Virus record (IMG/VR): IMGVR_UViG_3300028024_000006
Location: 8,238-72,237 of that record
Direction: 5' to 3' (one strand)
Length of the DNA stretch: 64,000 nt
Source: a virus
Positions 46,545 through 55,237 of the stretch are shown piece by piece; position 1 is the stretch's first letter, and every line of letters starts with the position of its first letter. A model generated the notes under the pieces. The model was not told the DNA's origin and made no database searches. It worked only from the letters and a program-made list of their open reading frames with translations. The position numbers and the translations under genes are program-made.

Positions 46545-47113
46545 GATTCCCCCGCCTGCCGACTGACACGGATTGCATGCTCGACTTCCTCGCTCAGGAT
46601 CGAGAACGCCAGAAACGTGCTTTCGCCGGTCCATAAACCATTTCTCAGCGGCGCACGCGCACGCGTTATGCAGGCTTCGAGTTCATTCGTGCGGTAACGC
46701 TTGCTCACGCTATCGTTCGCGATCATGTGCTCGACCTGATCGGCCAGCACACCGAAGAAGAAGCGCACGAGTGCGCGTTCGCCGTTCCCGGATGCGACCA
46801 GAAAGCCGCCGTAGCGGATCGCTTCCTGAAGCGTCGGCACGGTGTTCACGAGAACCCGGCGCTTGAGTGCGTGCTGAAACTCCGTATCGCGTATCCGGCG
46901 CATGGCATCGCGCAGGCGAGACGAGTCATATGCCGTGCCATTGCGGTCGCCCGCGAACGTCTGCATGTTTTCGAGCAGCAGGCACACGTCAGCAAATTCA
47001 GCCAGCCAGCGATTGGCATCAGCCATTTGCAGGCGGTACGATTCGAGCGCGCAGGCGTCGGCGCGCTTCTTCTCGCGTCGGTCGCCCCATGCCTTCAGGG
47101 CGCGGCGGATCAT
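46541..47113 (-). CDS. Hypothetical protein
   Basis: Coupled ORF. Confidence 0.55.
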   Translation of the reverse strand: MIRRALKAWGDRREKKRADACALESYRLQMADANRWLAEFADVCLLLENMQTFAGDRNGTAYDSSRLRDAMRRIRDTEFQHALKRRVLVNTVPTLQEAIRYGGFLVASGNGERALVRFFFGVLADQVEHMIANDSVSKRYRTNELEACITRARAPLRNGLWTGESTFLAFSILSEEVEHAIRVSRQAGES

Positions 47114-47556
47114 GCCGGACCCCCGACCTTCGCGAGCGCCGCCGCGATCACGCGCCGCCCGTAGGCTTCGAGAATCGCATTGCCGTGGTCGCCGGGCTCG
47201 ACATTCGCGAGCACGTCTTCGCTCTTCATCGCGTCATAGATCGCGATCATTTCCGGGCCGGTCATGGCGTTGGCCGCGTCGCGAATATGACGATCGGTCT
47301 GCAATGAGCGAATCACGAACAGCGCGAGCGCATCGGCGTCGGGGAATCCCTCGCTCACGTTGAGCGTCACCCCGCTTTGATCGATGCTCAGGCGCAGCAC
47401 AACGCCGGGCGCGCCGCCATCGCTATAGTTCAGCGTCATTACCACGTCCGGCAGGTCCATCATGGCCGCGTACTTCGCGAGGCTATCGGTCAGTTCCGTT
47501 GCGAAGCTGATCGGCGCGGGCTCAGGCGCGGGCGGCTCGCCCGATACGAATTCCAT
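47110..47556 (-). CDS. Hypothetical protein
   Basis: Coupled ORF; start uncertain. Confidence 0.5.
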   Translation of the reverse strand: MEFVSGEPPAPEPAPISFATELTDSLAKYAAMMDLPDVVMTLNYSDGGAPGVVLRLSIDQSGVTLNVSEGFPDADALALFVIRSLQTDRHIRDAANAMTGPEMIAIYDAMKSEDVLANVEPGDHGNAILEAYGRRVIAAALAKVGGPA

Positions 47557-47983
47557 CGGGCACGGACCACGGCTGCACTCGATAGCTTCGCCCCCCGGTG
47601 CACGTCTTCCCGCAGCGCTTGCAGGCGTAATGCCCGACAGGCGACGGCGGGAAGTCGCCCGGCTCGCTTGCGGCCCGGATCATGGAGATGAGGGCAGGCT
47701 CCGAGGGGAACAGTACTTCGGGCGCGATGACCGGCTGAACCTTGCCCTCAACAATACGCAGCTTGCCGTTAGCCCACGAGTCTTCCATGTCGAGCGAGTC
47801 AGGCTTGCCGGTCATAACAGCATGGTCTTTGACGTCCGCCCAGTTCATGTCGTTACGCGCCCAGTCAACGAGAGCATCGTCGTCCGCCTCTTCGCCGTAG
47901 TGCGCCTGATAGGACATGGCGACAGCTAAAATCGGAATGGCCCACGTCGAGCCGTCCAGTGCTTCGAGTTCGAGATATCTCAT
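47522..47983 (-). CDS. Hypothetical protein
   Basis: ATGA overlap. Confidence 0.55.
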   Translation of the reverse strand: MRYLELEALDGSTWAIPILAVAMSYQAHYGEEADDDALVDWARNDMNWADVKDHAVMTGKPDSLDMEDSWANGKLRIVEGKVQPVIAPEVLFPSEPALISMIRAASEPGDFPPSPVGHYACKRCGKTCTGGRSYRVQPWSVPDGIRIGRAARA

Positions 47984-48237
47984 TGCTTCGGCTCCTGAAG
48001 TGCGAGGGTCTGTTCAACGGCGCGGCGGATGCCTTCGAGCAGCATCCGGCGTTCGGGAGTGGTTTCCACGCTCAGGCCGTCTTCGGCAATCGCCTGGATG
48101 ACGAGCAGGTGATCGGCATCCGCGCCGAGCACGATGGACGTTTCAATGCCTTTCACAAGGCCCGCGCGCTTGAACAGTCCGCCGAGCGCGTCAGAGGGCG
48201 TAGCGTTGCGCGTGATCGGGATAGCCTTCGTGTTCAT
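47980..48237 (-). CDS. Hypothetical protein
   Basis: ATGA overlap. Confidence 0.55.
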   Translation of the reverse strand: MNTKAIPITRNATPSDALGGLFKRAGLVKGIETSIVLGADADHLLVIQAIAEDGLSVETTPERRMLLEGIRRAVEQTLALQEPKQ

Positions 48238-48614
48238 GCTGCGAGCCCCTTGGCAGCGTCCTGCACGGCCTGCTGGGCGGCGGCAGCAGTTACGGCATTA
48301 CGCACGACTTCGAGGCCCACGCCGGGCGGCAGGAGCACCACGCGCGGCATGGCGACGCCATTCGCAGCCGTATCCTTCGCGAACACGTCGCGCAGGACAT
48401 CGGAGTACTTCTTGAAAATGTCATACGACGTGTCCGGTGAAGAGATGAACGCGACCGTATTGCCGTCAGCGGCATGCACCTTCACGGCGGCGAGCACCTG
48501 TTCAAGCGTGGTGGCGACCGTATCGACGGTTTCGACTGCGACTTCGGCCTTCTTCTGGCCGGTGATCGCGAGCGCGGCCTTGACGGCAGCGAGGATGGCG
48601 TGGATGGCTTTCAT
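48234..48614 (-). CDS. Ala/Val-rich hypothetical protein
   Basis: AGGA RBS; may be late/virion-associated. Confidence 0.6.
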   Translation of the reverse strand: MKAIHAILAAVKAALAITGQKKAEVAVETVDTVATTLEQVLAAVKVHAADGNTVAFISSPDTSYDIFKKYSDVLRDVFAKDTAANGVAMPRVVLLPPGVGLEVVRNAVTAAAAQQAVQDAAKGLAA

Positions 48615-48623
48615 GGGTTCCTG

Positions 48624-48995
48624 TTACGGTTGACTTGCGGTGGCCTTCGCTTCGGCCTTCTTTGCCTCACGGCGAGCCCTGCTTTTCGCTTTGAGCTTTT
48701 CCTGATTGCGCATGTAGTACTCGCGCTTCTTTTCGAGAATCGCGGCCCGGTTGCGCTTGTAATGCCGCCGTACTGCTTCACTCACGACGGCCCGATATCC
48801 AGCCGGGTCGCGCTCCTGCGCCTTGGCGGCGTGCTTCTCCTTGTAGGCCGGTGCGCACTCGACGCATGTCCCATTCAGGTGACGCTTTGCTACATGGCCG
48901 CGCTTGCACGCCCGGCCCGTGAAATAGAACTTCAGGTCGCGCGCTTTTGCGTCAGCACGGCTGATTATTTCGTGTGTTTCTTCAGGGAGTGACAT
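48624..48995 (-). CDS. Zn-binding basic protein resembling the N-terminal module of phage HNH nucleases, no nuclease domain
   Basis: FYFTGRACKRGHVAKRHLNGTCVEC. Confidence 0.6.
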   Translation of the reverse strand: MSLPEETHEIISRADAKARDLKFYFTGRACKRGHVAKRHLNGTCVECAPAYKEKHAAKAQERDPAGYRAVVSEAVRRHYKRNRAAILEKKREYYMRNQEKLKAKSRARREAKKAEAKATASQP

Positions 48996-49005
48996 GCGTT
49001 TTCCT
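48964..49005 (-). promoter_or_regulatory. Putative late promoter (AGGAAAA-N29-AATAAT) overlapping the start of the previous ORF
   Basis: Shared motif and spacing, but -10 lies in coding sequence. Confidence 0.45.
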
Positions 49006-50539
49006 AAGCGTTTTCGCCCAATTCTTCGAGCATCTTCCGGCGCGTCTCGTCCATATCGGAGCCGCCGACGACGGGCGCGGATGCATCGCCCGATACCGAG
49101 TAGTGCGCGCTTTCGAGGAACGGGAACGAGCACGAATCCCATATGTCCGGCGACGGGATGCCCTCTGTTTTCATGTCCTCTTTTTTCATAATCACGCGAC
49201 GGCCTTTCTCGTCGTAGTGGTAGGGGATTCGCGAACCTTGTAGAACCAGACGCTTGAGAAAACCGGGCTCAATGTCGGCGTCAATGCCGAAGCGGCCCGT
49301 CTCGACCGCACGGGCGATGCCGCACATGGCCTGCGCACGCTGGTTTAGATAACGCTCCTTGTATTCACGGGCGAAGTTGGGCGCACCCCACTTGACCTTG
49401 ATGTAGTTAGAAAAGCCGTCGAGATCGAGTTGCTTGCACACGACGAGGCCCAAGCCCAGCGCGTCGATGATCGGCGTGCTGTTGTCGTGCTCGCCCCACT
49501 GGTGCAGGACGTGCCCGTGTACCTGCGCGGGGTCGATGCCGCCCGACGCGAGAATGACTTTCTTCAGTTGCACGCGGCGCGGGTCTTCGCCGTACTCGCC
49601 CATGCCGGTGACCTGCATACCGACCATGACCGTTTCATCGCGCCAGCCACCGCCGCCGATATCGAGCGGCAGCATCCAGCCCCATGCGTCTTCCGGTGCG
49701 ATAACGGTCTTGCCGATGCACCTGCGGATCGCTTCGGGGCCAAGCAGGTACTTCGAACTGTTCTCAGGGAACCGGCCCTGCACCTTGATCGCGTACTCTT
49801 CAGCGGTGTACTGCGCGCGCTTTTCCGCGATGAACGCCGCCGAGACAATCGGGGAGAACTCGCTGTTGAATACCAGGGCGTTCCACGCGCCGCCCTCTTC
49901 CGCCGACAACGCATGGTGCGTATCGAAGAAAAAGCCCGTGTTGCGGGTCGGCTGTGACGCGAGCGCCATGCGGTTGCGCGAGTCGGTCAGCGAGCCCGTG
50001 ATAACGGCGAAGTTCGGGTCAGGGATGCCGCTTGCCTCGTCGGCGAGCCATAGCAGCCAGTCGCGGTGGGTGCCTGCGAGGTTTTCCGGGGAGCCGCGCG
50101 GGGCCGACTTCGCCACGCAGAACCAGTTCAGCTTGAATCCCTTGACGAATACCTTCTCGGATTCAATCTCGAAGTACTGGCGAATCCAGCCCTGCGGCCC
50201 GTCGGCGACCTTCTGCGAGAGGTCGGCGAATTCCTTCCATATGCCGTCATGCACCGTCTTGAGCTTCGGCGCAGTAATGAACGTGTTCGAGAGCTTGAAA
50301 CAGAGTAGATGCCAAAACGCGATGATCGCGAAGCCTGACGTCTTACCCGTACCGTGGCCGGACGATGCCGACGTGCGCGAGCCGGGCGGCGAGACACTAT
50401 CGAATAGCTCGATCTGCTGATGCGTGGGCGACTCCAGTCCGCACACTTCAATAGCGAAGCGCGTAATGTCGAACGCATACCGTTGGACGAATCCAAGGTA
50501 GCGCCCGTCATCAACCAGCGTGCGGACCTTGTTCGCCAT
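49004..50539 (-). CDS. pacB: Terminase large subunit, P1 PacB-like
   Basis: SGHGTGKT Walker A, LADEASG Walker B, LDIGGG and SPDIWDS nuclease motifs. Confidence 0.92.
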   Translation of the reverse strand: MANKVRTLVDDGRYLGFVQRYAFDITRFAIEVCGLESPTHQQIELFDSVSPPGSRTSASSGHGTGKTSGFAIIAFWHLLCFKLSNTFITAPKLKTVHDGIWKEFADLSQKVADGPQGWIRQYFEIESEKVFVKGFKLNWFCVAKSAPRGSPENLAGTHRDWLLWLADEASGIPDPNFAVITGSLTDSRNRMALASQPTRNTGFFFDTHHALSAEEGGAWNALVFNSEFSPIVSAAFIAEKRAQYTAEEYAIKVQGRFPENSSKYLLGPEAIRRCIGKTVIAPEDAWGWMLPLDIGGGGWRDETVMVGMQVTGMGEYGEDPRRVQLKKVILASGGIDPAQVHGHVLHQWGEHDNSTPIIDALGLGLVVCKQLDLDGFSNYIKVKWGAPNFAREYKERYLNQRAQAMCGIARAVETGRFGIDADIEPGFLKRLVLQGSRIPYHYDEKGRRVIMKKEDMKTEGIPSPDIWDSCSFPFLESAHYSVSGDASAPVVGGSDMDETRRKMLEELGENA

Positions 50540-51387
50540 TACTCAGCGTCGTCCGGCTTCACCTGCCCTGCCGTGCCCGGAACAATGCCGGTGAGCTTGC
50601 GCGTGAGTGCCGCCTGTTTCGCCGCCGCCGCCGCACGAATACCTTGCTCGTAAATGTCATCGAGCTTGGCGTTATCGGTGGTTGTGATATCCGCCACAAC
50701 GGTCTGTTCGATCTGATCCTTCCACCCGGCGATATTCTTCAGCGCAAAGTTGACGACACGCGGCTCGTAAGTGCCTTCCAGTCCACCCTCCGTTAGGAGA
50801 GCAGTCTGAAGGTCTTTCGCGCGCGTATACGTGTATAAAAATTCGGGGTGTACCGGGGTGCCGTCTTCATTCTTTTCCTCTGCCCAGTTGCTCAGGGTGA
50901 GGCGCGTTACCCCGATCTTCGAGGCGAAACGTTCGAGCGTCGGGAACTTGTTCTTCACGACGATGGTTTCGAGGATCGGCTGGCCGTCCTTGTCCACGAT
51001 GGTATTGCCGTCCTTGTCCTTACGGGCGGTCTGTTCAGTGCGTTCGGTTTCGATGTTGAAGTAGGCGATCATCTGCGGGATGAAGTCGTCCGAGTACTTG
51101 GTCGGGCGTCCTACTGCGCGCTTGGCTTCCCCTACGAGGTCCGTAACAGACTGGCCTGCGGATGCAGTGGCCTTTGCCTTGTCCTGTGCGGTCGTCTTGC
51201 CTTTCCCCTTGGGCGCGGCCTTCTTTGCTGGTACAGGCGTCTTTGCCGCGACCTTGCGCGCCGCCGTTTTCTTCACGGCGGGTTGCTTGGGTGCGGCTTT
51301 CTTCGCGGCATGCTTCGGCACAGGTTTGCGTGCGGGCTTGGGCGCGGTCTTCCGGGCGGGCTTCTTCGGCGGTTGCTTGTCGGTCAT
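50539..51387 (-). CDS. Terminase small subunit with histone-H1-like N-terminal extension
   Basis: Directly upstream of TerL; GRPTKY..FPTLERFASKIGV..NFALKN. Confidence 0.75.
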   Translation of the reverse strand: MTDKQPPKKPARKTAPKPARKPVPKHAAKKAAPKQPAVKKTAARKVAAKTPVPAKKAAPKGKGKTTAQDKAKATASAGQSVTDLVGEAKRAVGRPTKYSDDFIPQMIAYFNIETERTEQTARKDKDGNTIVDKDGQPILETIVVKNKFPTLERFASKIGVTRLTLSNWAEEKNEDGTPVHPEFLYTYTRAKDLQTALLTEGGLEGTYEPRVVNFALKNIAGWKDQIEQTVVADITTTDNAKLDDIYEQGIRAAAAAKQAALTRKLTGIVPGTAGQVKPDDAE

Positions 51388-51411
51388 GGCGTGTGTTCCC
51401 TCTCCCTACCG

Positions 51412-51453
51412 ATGGTGAATGACACCGGCAGGGGTTCGAGCTTCGGTTTTCCT
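51412..51453 (-). promoter_or_regulatory. Putative late promoter (AGGAAAA-N29-CACCAT) upstream of terminase
   Basis: Shared motif and spacing, intergenic. Confidence 0.68.
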
Positions 51454-51464
51454 AGTGGGATGGG

Positions 51465-51617
51465 TTACAGCGGGGCGTGGCTTGCGAGCAATCCGCCGAC
51501 GGTGAACGTCATTGCGATGGTGGCGAGGGTCCACCATGCGCGGTGGGGAATGTAGGCTGGCACGGTCACGAGCAGCATGCCGAGCCCGATTCCCAAGAAC
51601 AGGAATAACGCGGTCAT
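51465..51617 (-). CDS. 50-aa two-TM membrane protein (not in track)
   Basis: MTALFLFLGIGLGMLLVTV..WWTLATIAMTFTVGGLLA. Confidence 0.55.
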   Translation of the reverse strand: MTALFLFLGIGLGMLLVTVPAYIPHRAWWTLATIAMTFTVGGLLASHAPL

Positions 51618-51730
51618 AGCCCTGCCCTGATTGCGAACACACAGAGCGAGATAGCCAGCACGGCAGACATGCCGCCCATGATCGACGCCGACGCCACGAG
51701 AATGAACGGATCATCGAGCCAGTGATTCAT
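51614..51730 (-). CDS. 38-aa single-TM protein (not in track)
   Basis: MNHWLDDPFILVASASIMGGMSAVLAISLCVFAIRAGL; ATGA overlap. Confidence 0.5.
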   Translation of the reverse strand: MNHWLDDPFILVASASIMGGMSAVLAISLCVFAIRAGL

Positions 51731-51759
51731 GCGCGCGAGTACACGCCGGGATATAGCGA

Positions 51760-52554
51760 TCACAGGTCGAGCCCCAGTTCGCGTTGCGAATAGCGGTCGG
51801 TCAGGTAGTCAATCGGCGGGAGCGTGCCGCGCTTGACTTCATCCATGTACGATTCGATGCCCCGGAACTTCTTCAGCTTCAGGCGCAGCGGTGCGACGTC
51901 GGTCGCGAGGCGTTGCAGCGCAGCGAGAACAGGCGCGCCGCCCGGCACGTCTTCGAACGCTGCGTGCGCGGAGAACTTCTCGAAGCGCGCCGCCGCGTTG
52001 TCTACCGACGTGAGCACGCGCTCCAGTTCATCGGCCACCGGTTGCGTTTCATGTGCGGTGCGGATCAATGCCGTCGTGATCTGCGCGACGAGCCCGCCGA
52101 CGATGCCCTCAGTCGTGCGCAGCAGCGCGTATTCGTGGACGACCTTCGAATCCGGCTCCATGTTCGGCGACAGACCGAGCAGCCAGTCCACCGAAACGCC
52201 ATAGACTTCGGCGGCCTGCTTGAGAAAGCGCCAGTCGTTCGGCGTCTTGCGCTCGCCGGACTCGATCTGACTGAGTTGCGAGCTATTCGAGTAGCCGAAT
52301 TTTTCCGCCGCTTCGACTGCGAGCATCCCCTGCATGACGCGGGCCTGAATCAGCTTGTAGCGCAGGTCTTCCAGTTCGCCGGGCAGGTTGCGATTACGCT
52401 TGAAGCGCGTGAGCGCCTGTTTAACGAACAGGTCGCGCTGTGTGTCGGTCATGGCCGCGCGCGTCTCCTTACCCGTGAGGGGCGGCTCCTTGCGCTGGCG
52501 GGTCGTGCCGAAGGTCTTCGACAGAGAACGGGCTTTTCTTGATGTTTTGGTCAC
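51760..52554 (-). CDS. XRE-family HTH transcriptional regulator
   Basis: EAAEKFGYSNSSQLSQIESGER..YGVSVDWLLG. Confidence 0.8.
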   Translation of the reverse strand: MTKTSRKARSLSKTFGTTRQRKEPPLTGKETRAAMTDTQRDLFVKQALTRFKRNRNLPGELEDLRYKLIQARVMQGMLAVEAAEKFGYSNSSQLSQIESGERKTPNDWRFLKQAAEVYGVSVDWLLGLSPNMEPDSKVVHEYALLRTTEGIVGGLVAQITTALIRTAHETQPVADELERVLTSVDNAAARFEKFSAHAAFEDVPGGAPVLAALQRLATDVAPLRLKLKKFRGIESYMDEVKRGTLPPIDYLTDRYSQRELGLDL

Positions 52555-53007
52555 TCAGAACCCCACGATACGATTGACTACAGCGTCGAGGTCCGCCCGC
52601 GTGTAGCGCGTGAGAACCTTTTGCAGCAGCACGTTCGCCACTGCGTTGTAAAGCGATTCAAATTCGTCTTGGTCCATGCTGGCGAAGCTGATCGACTTCG
52701 GGCGCAGGCGTGCCGTGCCGTCGAGACGCATGGTCGCGATGAAGTACCCAGCCATGATCGTGACGTCATCGCGGAACGCGTCGAAGTTCTTTTCAATGGC
52801 ATGACCCTTGTATTCGGCGACGGGTTCGAACGCCTGAAAGCCCACGGTCACGAGCGCGAAGAATTTGCGGTGAAAGCGTGGCGAGCGCACGCGGGACAGC
52901 TTGCAGCGCACCACCGTATCCGTCGGCCAGTGCTTCAGCATGTCCGCCTGACCTTCGTCCATTGCGCAGAGCGCGCCGCCCGGCAGTTTCGTAAGCAGAA
53001 TTTCCAT
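52555..53007 (-). CDS. DUF1367 family (NinB-like) protein
   Basis: RSPRFHRKFFAL..PKSISFASMDQDEFESLYNAV. Confidence 0.8.
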   Translation of the reverse strand: MEILLTKLPGGALCAMDEGQADMLKHWPTDTVVRCKLSRVRSPRFHRKFFALVTVGFQAFEPVAEYKGHAIEKNFDAFRDDVTIMAGYFIATMRLDGTARLRPKSISFASMDQDEFESLYNAVANVLLQKVLTRYTRADLDAVVNRIVGF

Positions 53008-53717
53008 CAGAGCAAAAACCCCTTTTCCTGCATGAACTTCAGTGGGTCTTTCGTCGCCTTTTTCATGTTGCAGGGGAAGCACAGCAGTTGCAGGTTCGTC
53101 CGGTGATTGCTTCCACCGTTCTTCAATGCGATGACGTGATCGACGTTGTATCTGCGCCGGATACAAACGCGACAGGCGGCGCACTTTCCGCGTTGCAGAA
53201 GAAACAGGCGACGCACGTCTTCCGCCGTGTATCGACCGCCTGCCTGGCGCTTGCGAGCACGGCGCGCGGCTGCATGGGCGCGGGCTGCTTCCGGGTTGGC
53301 TTCGTGCCAGCGCTTGATCGCGGCGCGCATGCGTTCAGGGTTTCGGCGATTCCACTCGACCCACCTGGCGATTTCCTTGTCACGGTTCCGCGCGCTGTGT
53401 ACGCGGTTCAATTCGCGAACCTTTTCCGGGTTCCTAGCCTTGTAAGTGGCCACGCATGCGCGGATTTCGTCGCCCTTTTCGGCATAGCGCTGAGCGTCAT
53501 ACGCCGTCTTCTTTTCGGTGAATTCCGGGCGCGCACGGTATTCCAACTGTTGCGCCTTGATTGCTTCCTTGTTCTTCGCGCGATACGCGGCTTGATAGAC
53601 CCGCTCACATTCTTTGCAGCGCGAGCTCAAGCCGTCCTTATAGGTTTTCTTCTTTGAGAAGCATTCGAGCCGCAGGTCGAGCTTGCACGCGGTGCATTGT
53701 TTCGTGTTCATACTCAC
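53007..53717 (-). CDS. HNH endonuclease with N-terminal Zn finger
   Basis: CAAC..VDHVIAL..GGSN..NLQLLCFPCNMKK. Confidence 0.88.
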   Translation of the reverse strand: MSMNTKQCTACKLDLRLECFSKKKTYKDGLSSRCKECERVYQAAYRAKNKEAIKAQQLEYRARPEFTEKKTAYDAQRYAEKGDEIRACVATYKARNPEKVRELNRVHSARNRDKEIARWVEWNRRNPERMRAAIKRWHEANPEAARAHAAARRARKRQAGGRYTAEDVRRLFLLQRGKCAACRVCIRRRYNVDHVIALKNGGSNHRTNLQLLCFPCNMKKATKDPLKFMQEKGFLL

Positions 53718-53908
53718 GCCCCGTTGCCATCAGGTTGCGCCAGGCGCGCCGCCGCTTTGGCCTTGCGCGCCTGGTAACGGTTGCACTGGCAGAACTTGCA
53801 TTCCGGTTGCAGGCCGTCCTTACGCGTGCGGTGTTTCGAAAAGAACTTGCGTTTGCGCTCGATCCCGCACTTCGGGCAGAGCTTCATTTCGTCCGGGATC
53901 ACGTTCAT
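53714..53908 (-). CDS. Small Zn-finger protein
   Basis: CPKC..DGLQPECKFC. Confidence 0.6.
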   Translation of the reverse strand: MNVIPDEMKLCPKCGIERKRKFFSKHRTRKDGLQPECKFCQCNRYQARKAKAAARLAQPDGNGA

Positions 53909-54387
53909 ACCTCGCGAATTACGATGCCGTGAACGCTTGCCATCAAGTGCTTGCGGTCGCGGTACTGCGGAGTCTGGAAACCTTTCGCGTCTTCAACGAT
54001 GGTTTCGCCTGTCTCGACGTCCACATAGACGAAGTCAGCCACGTATCGCATGGCAGGCTTCTTACGCTTCTCGCCGAGGTCTACCTTGGGAGCCAGCTCG
54101 AACGGAACCTGCCGTTGCAGGTCACGAATCAGCCCCAGTTGTTGACGCTGCACGAGCTTCAGCCAGTGACGAAGCTCACGCTTCGAGTCGAACTTCATGC
54201 CGTCGTGATAGACCTTCTCGTTGCCGAACTTGCCCTTTCCCTTCACCGGCATATTCGTCACCGCGCTGCCCTCGCGTTTCGCAACGTGAATGGCGTACTC
54301 GATTTCGGTCATGCGCCGATGGGCGCGCTTGCGGGACTTTTGGGCGTAACTGCGCATCGAGTGGCCCTTAACAGAGGTTTTCTTCAC
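53905..54387 (-). CDS. DUF1064 family PD-(D/E)xK nuclease
   Basis: KFGN..FDSKRE..YVADFVY..VEDAKG. Confidence 0.85.
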   Translation of the reverse strand: MKKTSVKGHSMRSYAQKSRKRAHRRMTEIEYAIHVAKREGSAVTNMPVKGKGKFGNEKVYHDGMKFDSKRELRHWLKLVQRQQLGLIRDLQRQVPFELAPKVDLGEKRKKPAMRYVADFVYVDVETGETIVEDAKGFQTPQYRDRKHLMASVHGIVIREV

Positions 54388-54399
54388 CGACGTAAGAAT

Positions 54400-54414
54400 A
54401 TCAGTTTCCCTTTA
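54400..54414 (-). promoter_or_regulatory. Operator candidate AGGGAAACTGAT in AT-rich intergenic region
   Basis: Exact 12-mer also at 59065 and 60348. Confidence 0.6.
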
Positions 54415-54458
54415 TTTTAGGAAAACAAACCCCGCTATTTAATTACTTTTCCTATATC

Positions 54459-54683
54459 TCAGGGCAAAAAAAGGGAGGCTCGGTATTCTTTCCAGCGGGC
54501 GTGCTCTTCTTTCACCAGTTCATGCAGTCGGTCACGGGCAGCATCGCCGCGCTTCTCGCGCACCGCTGCGAACGCCTGCGCCTGACGATGCAGCGGCATG
54601 AGCGCGATAAGCCGGACCTGACAGCAGCGCCGGGTTGAGTTGTAGACGCCTGCGTACGTCAGGCAGTGTTCGCAGAGGGTCAT
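54459..54683 (-). CDS. Small Cys-containing hypothetical protein
   Basis: CEHC..CC; operon position. Confidence 0.6.
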   Translation of the reverse strand: MTLCEHCLTYAGVYNSTRRCCQVRLIALMPLHRQAQAFAAVREKRGDAARDRLHELVKEEHARWKEYRASLFLP

Positions 54684-54804
54684 TGGAGGCTACGCCGCCG
54701 CGATGCAAACGCCGCTGCGATGCCCGGCACGATCACTTCGAACAGGATTGCCGCTGCGCAGAAGCCGCCCACAGCCCCGATTACCATGTTCCCAATGAAT
54801 CCCA

Positions 54805-55227
54805 TTACGCAGCCTCCTGCATCGGTTGTGCGACGGCTTGCGATGGCGTCACGACGAAGCCCGCGCGCGACACGAACACTTCGCAGTCGGTTCGCGTGAG
54901 TCCACGGTCGGCGAGCACAGACAGCACCGGCACGCCGTCATGCGCGGCCATGAACGCGTCATAGCGGCCTTGCTCTTCGACCGGCACACCGATCACATGC
55001 ACGTCGCCATGCAGGCGGTACAGTTCGGCCTTGCAGGGGCTTGCGGCGACCGCGGGCATATCGAGCCAGCCGAGGGCGGCTTCGAGATAGGCCGTATCGA
55101 TCCTCTTGTCGACCACCACCACGAGCGGCAGCGGGTCAGCTTCGCACCTGTTCTCACGAATCGCGAGCTTGGTTGCAGCGAGGGAAGCCGGGTCTTGCGT
55201 AAGCCAACATACGATACGACGGGTCAC
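54805..55227 (-). CDS. Degenerate PAPS-reductase-like (PP-loop) protein
   Basis: RIVCW..ASLAATKLAI..EEQGRY..DRGLTRTDC; PP-loop altered. Confidence 0.55.
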   Translation of the reverse strand: MTRRIVCWLTQDPASLAATKLAIRENRCEADPLPLVVVVDKRIDTAYLEAALGWLDMPAVAASPCKAELYRLHGDVHVIGVPVEEQGRYDAFMAAHDGVPVLSVLADRGLTRTDCEVFVSRAGFVVTPSQAVAQPMQEAA

Positions 55228-55237
55228 GGTCGTTCTC

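Noticed and set aside
50838-50879. AGGAAAA-N29-AATTTT inside the terminase small gene
   Set aside because: Coding context and poor -10; treated as chance
54447-54454. TAGGAAAA box as a late promoter
   Set aside because: Best -10 (TAAAAT) lies at 27 nt, not 29 nt
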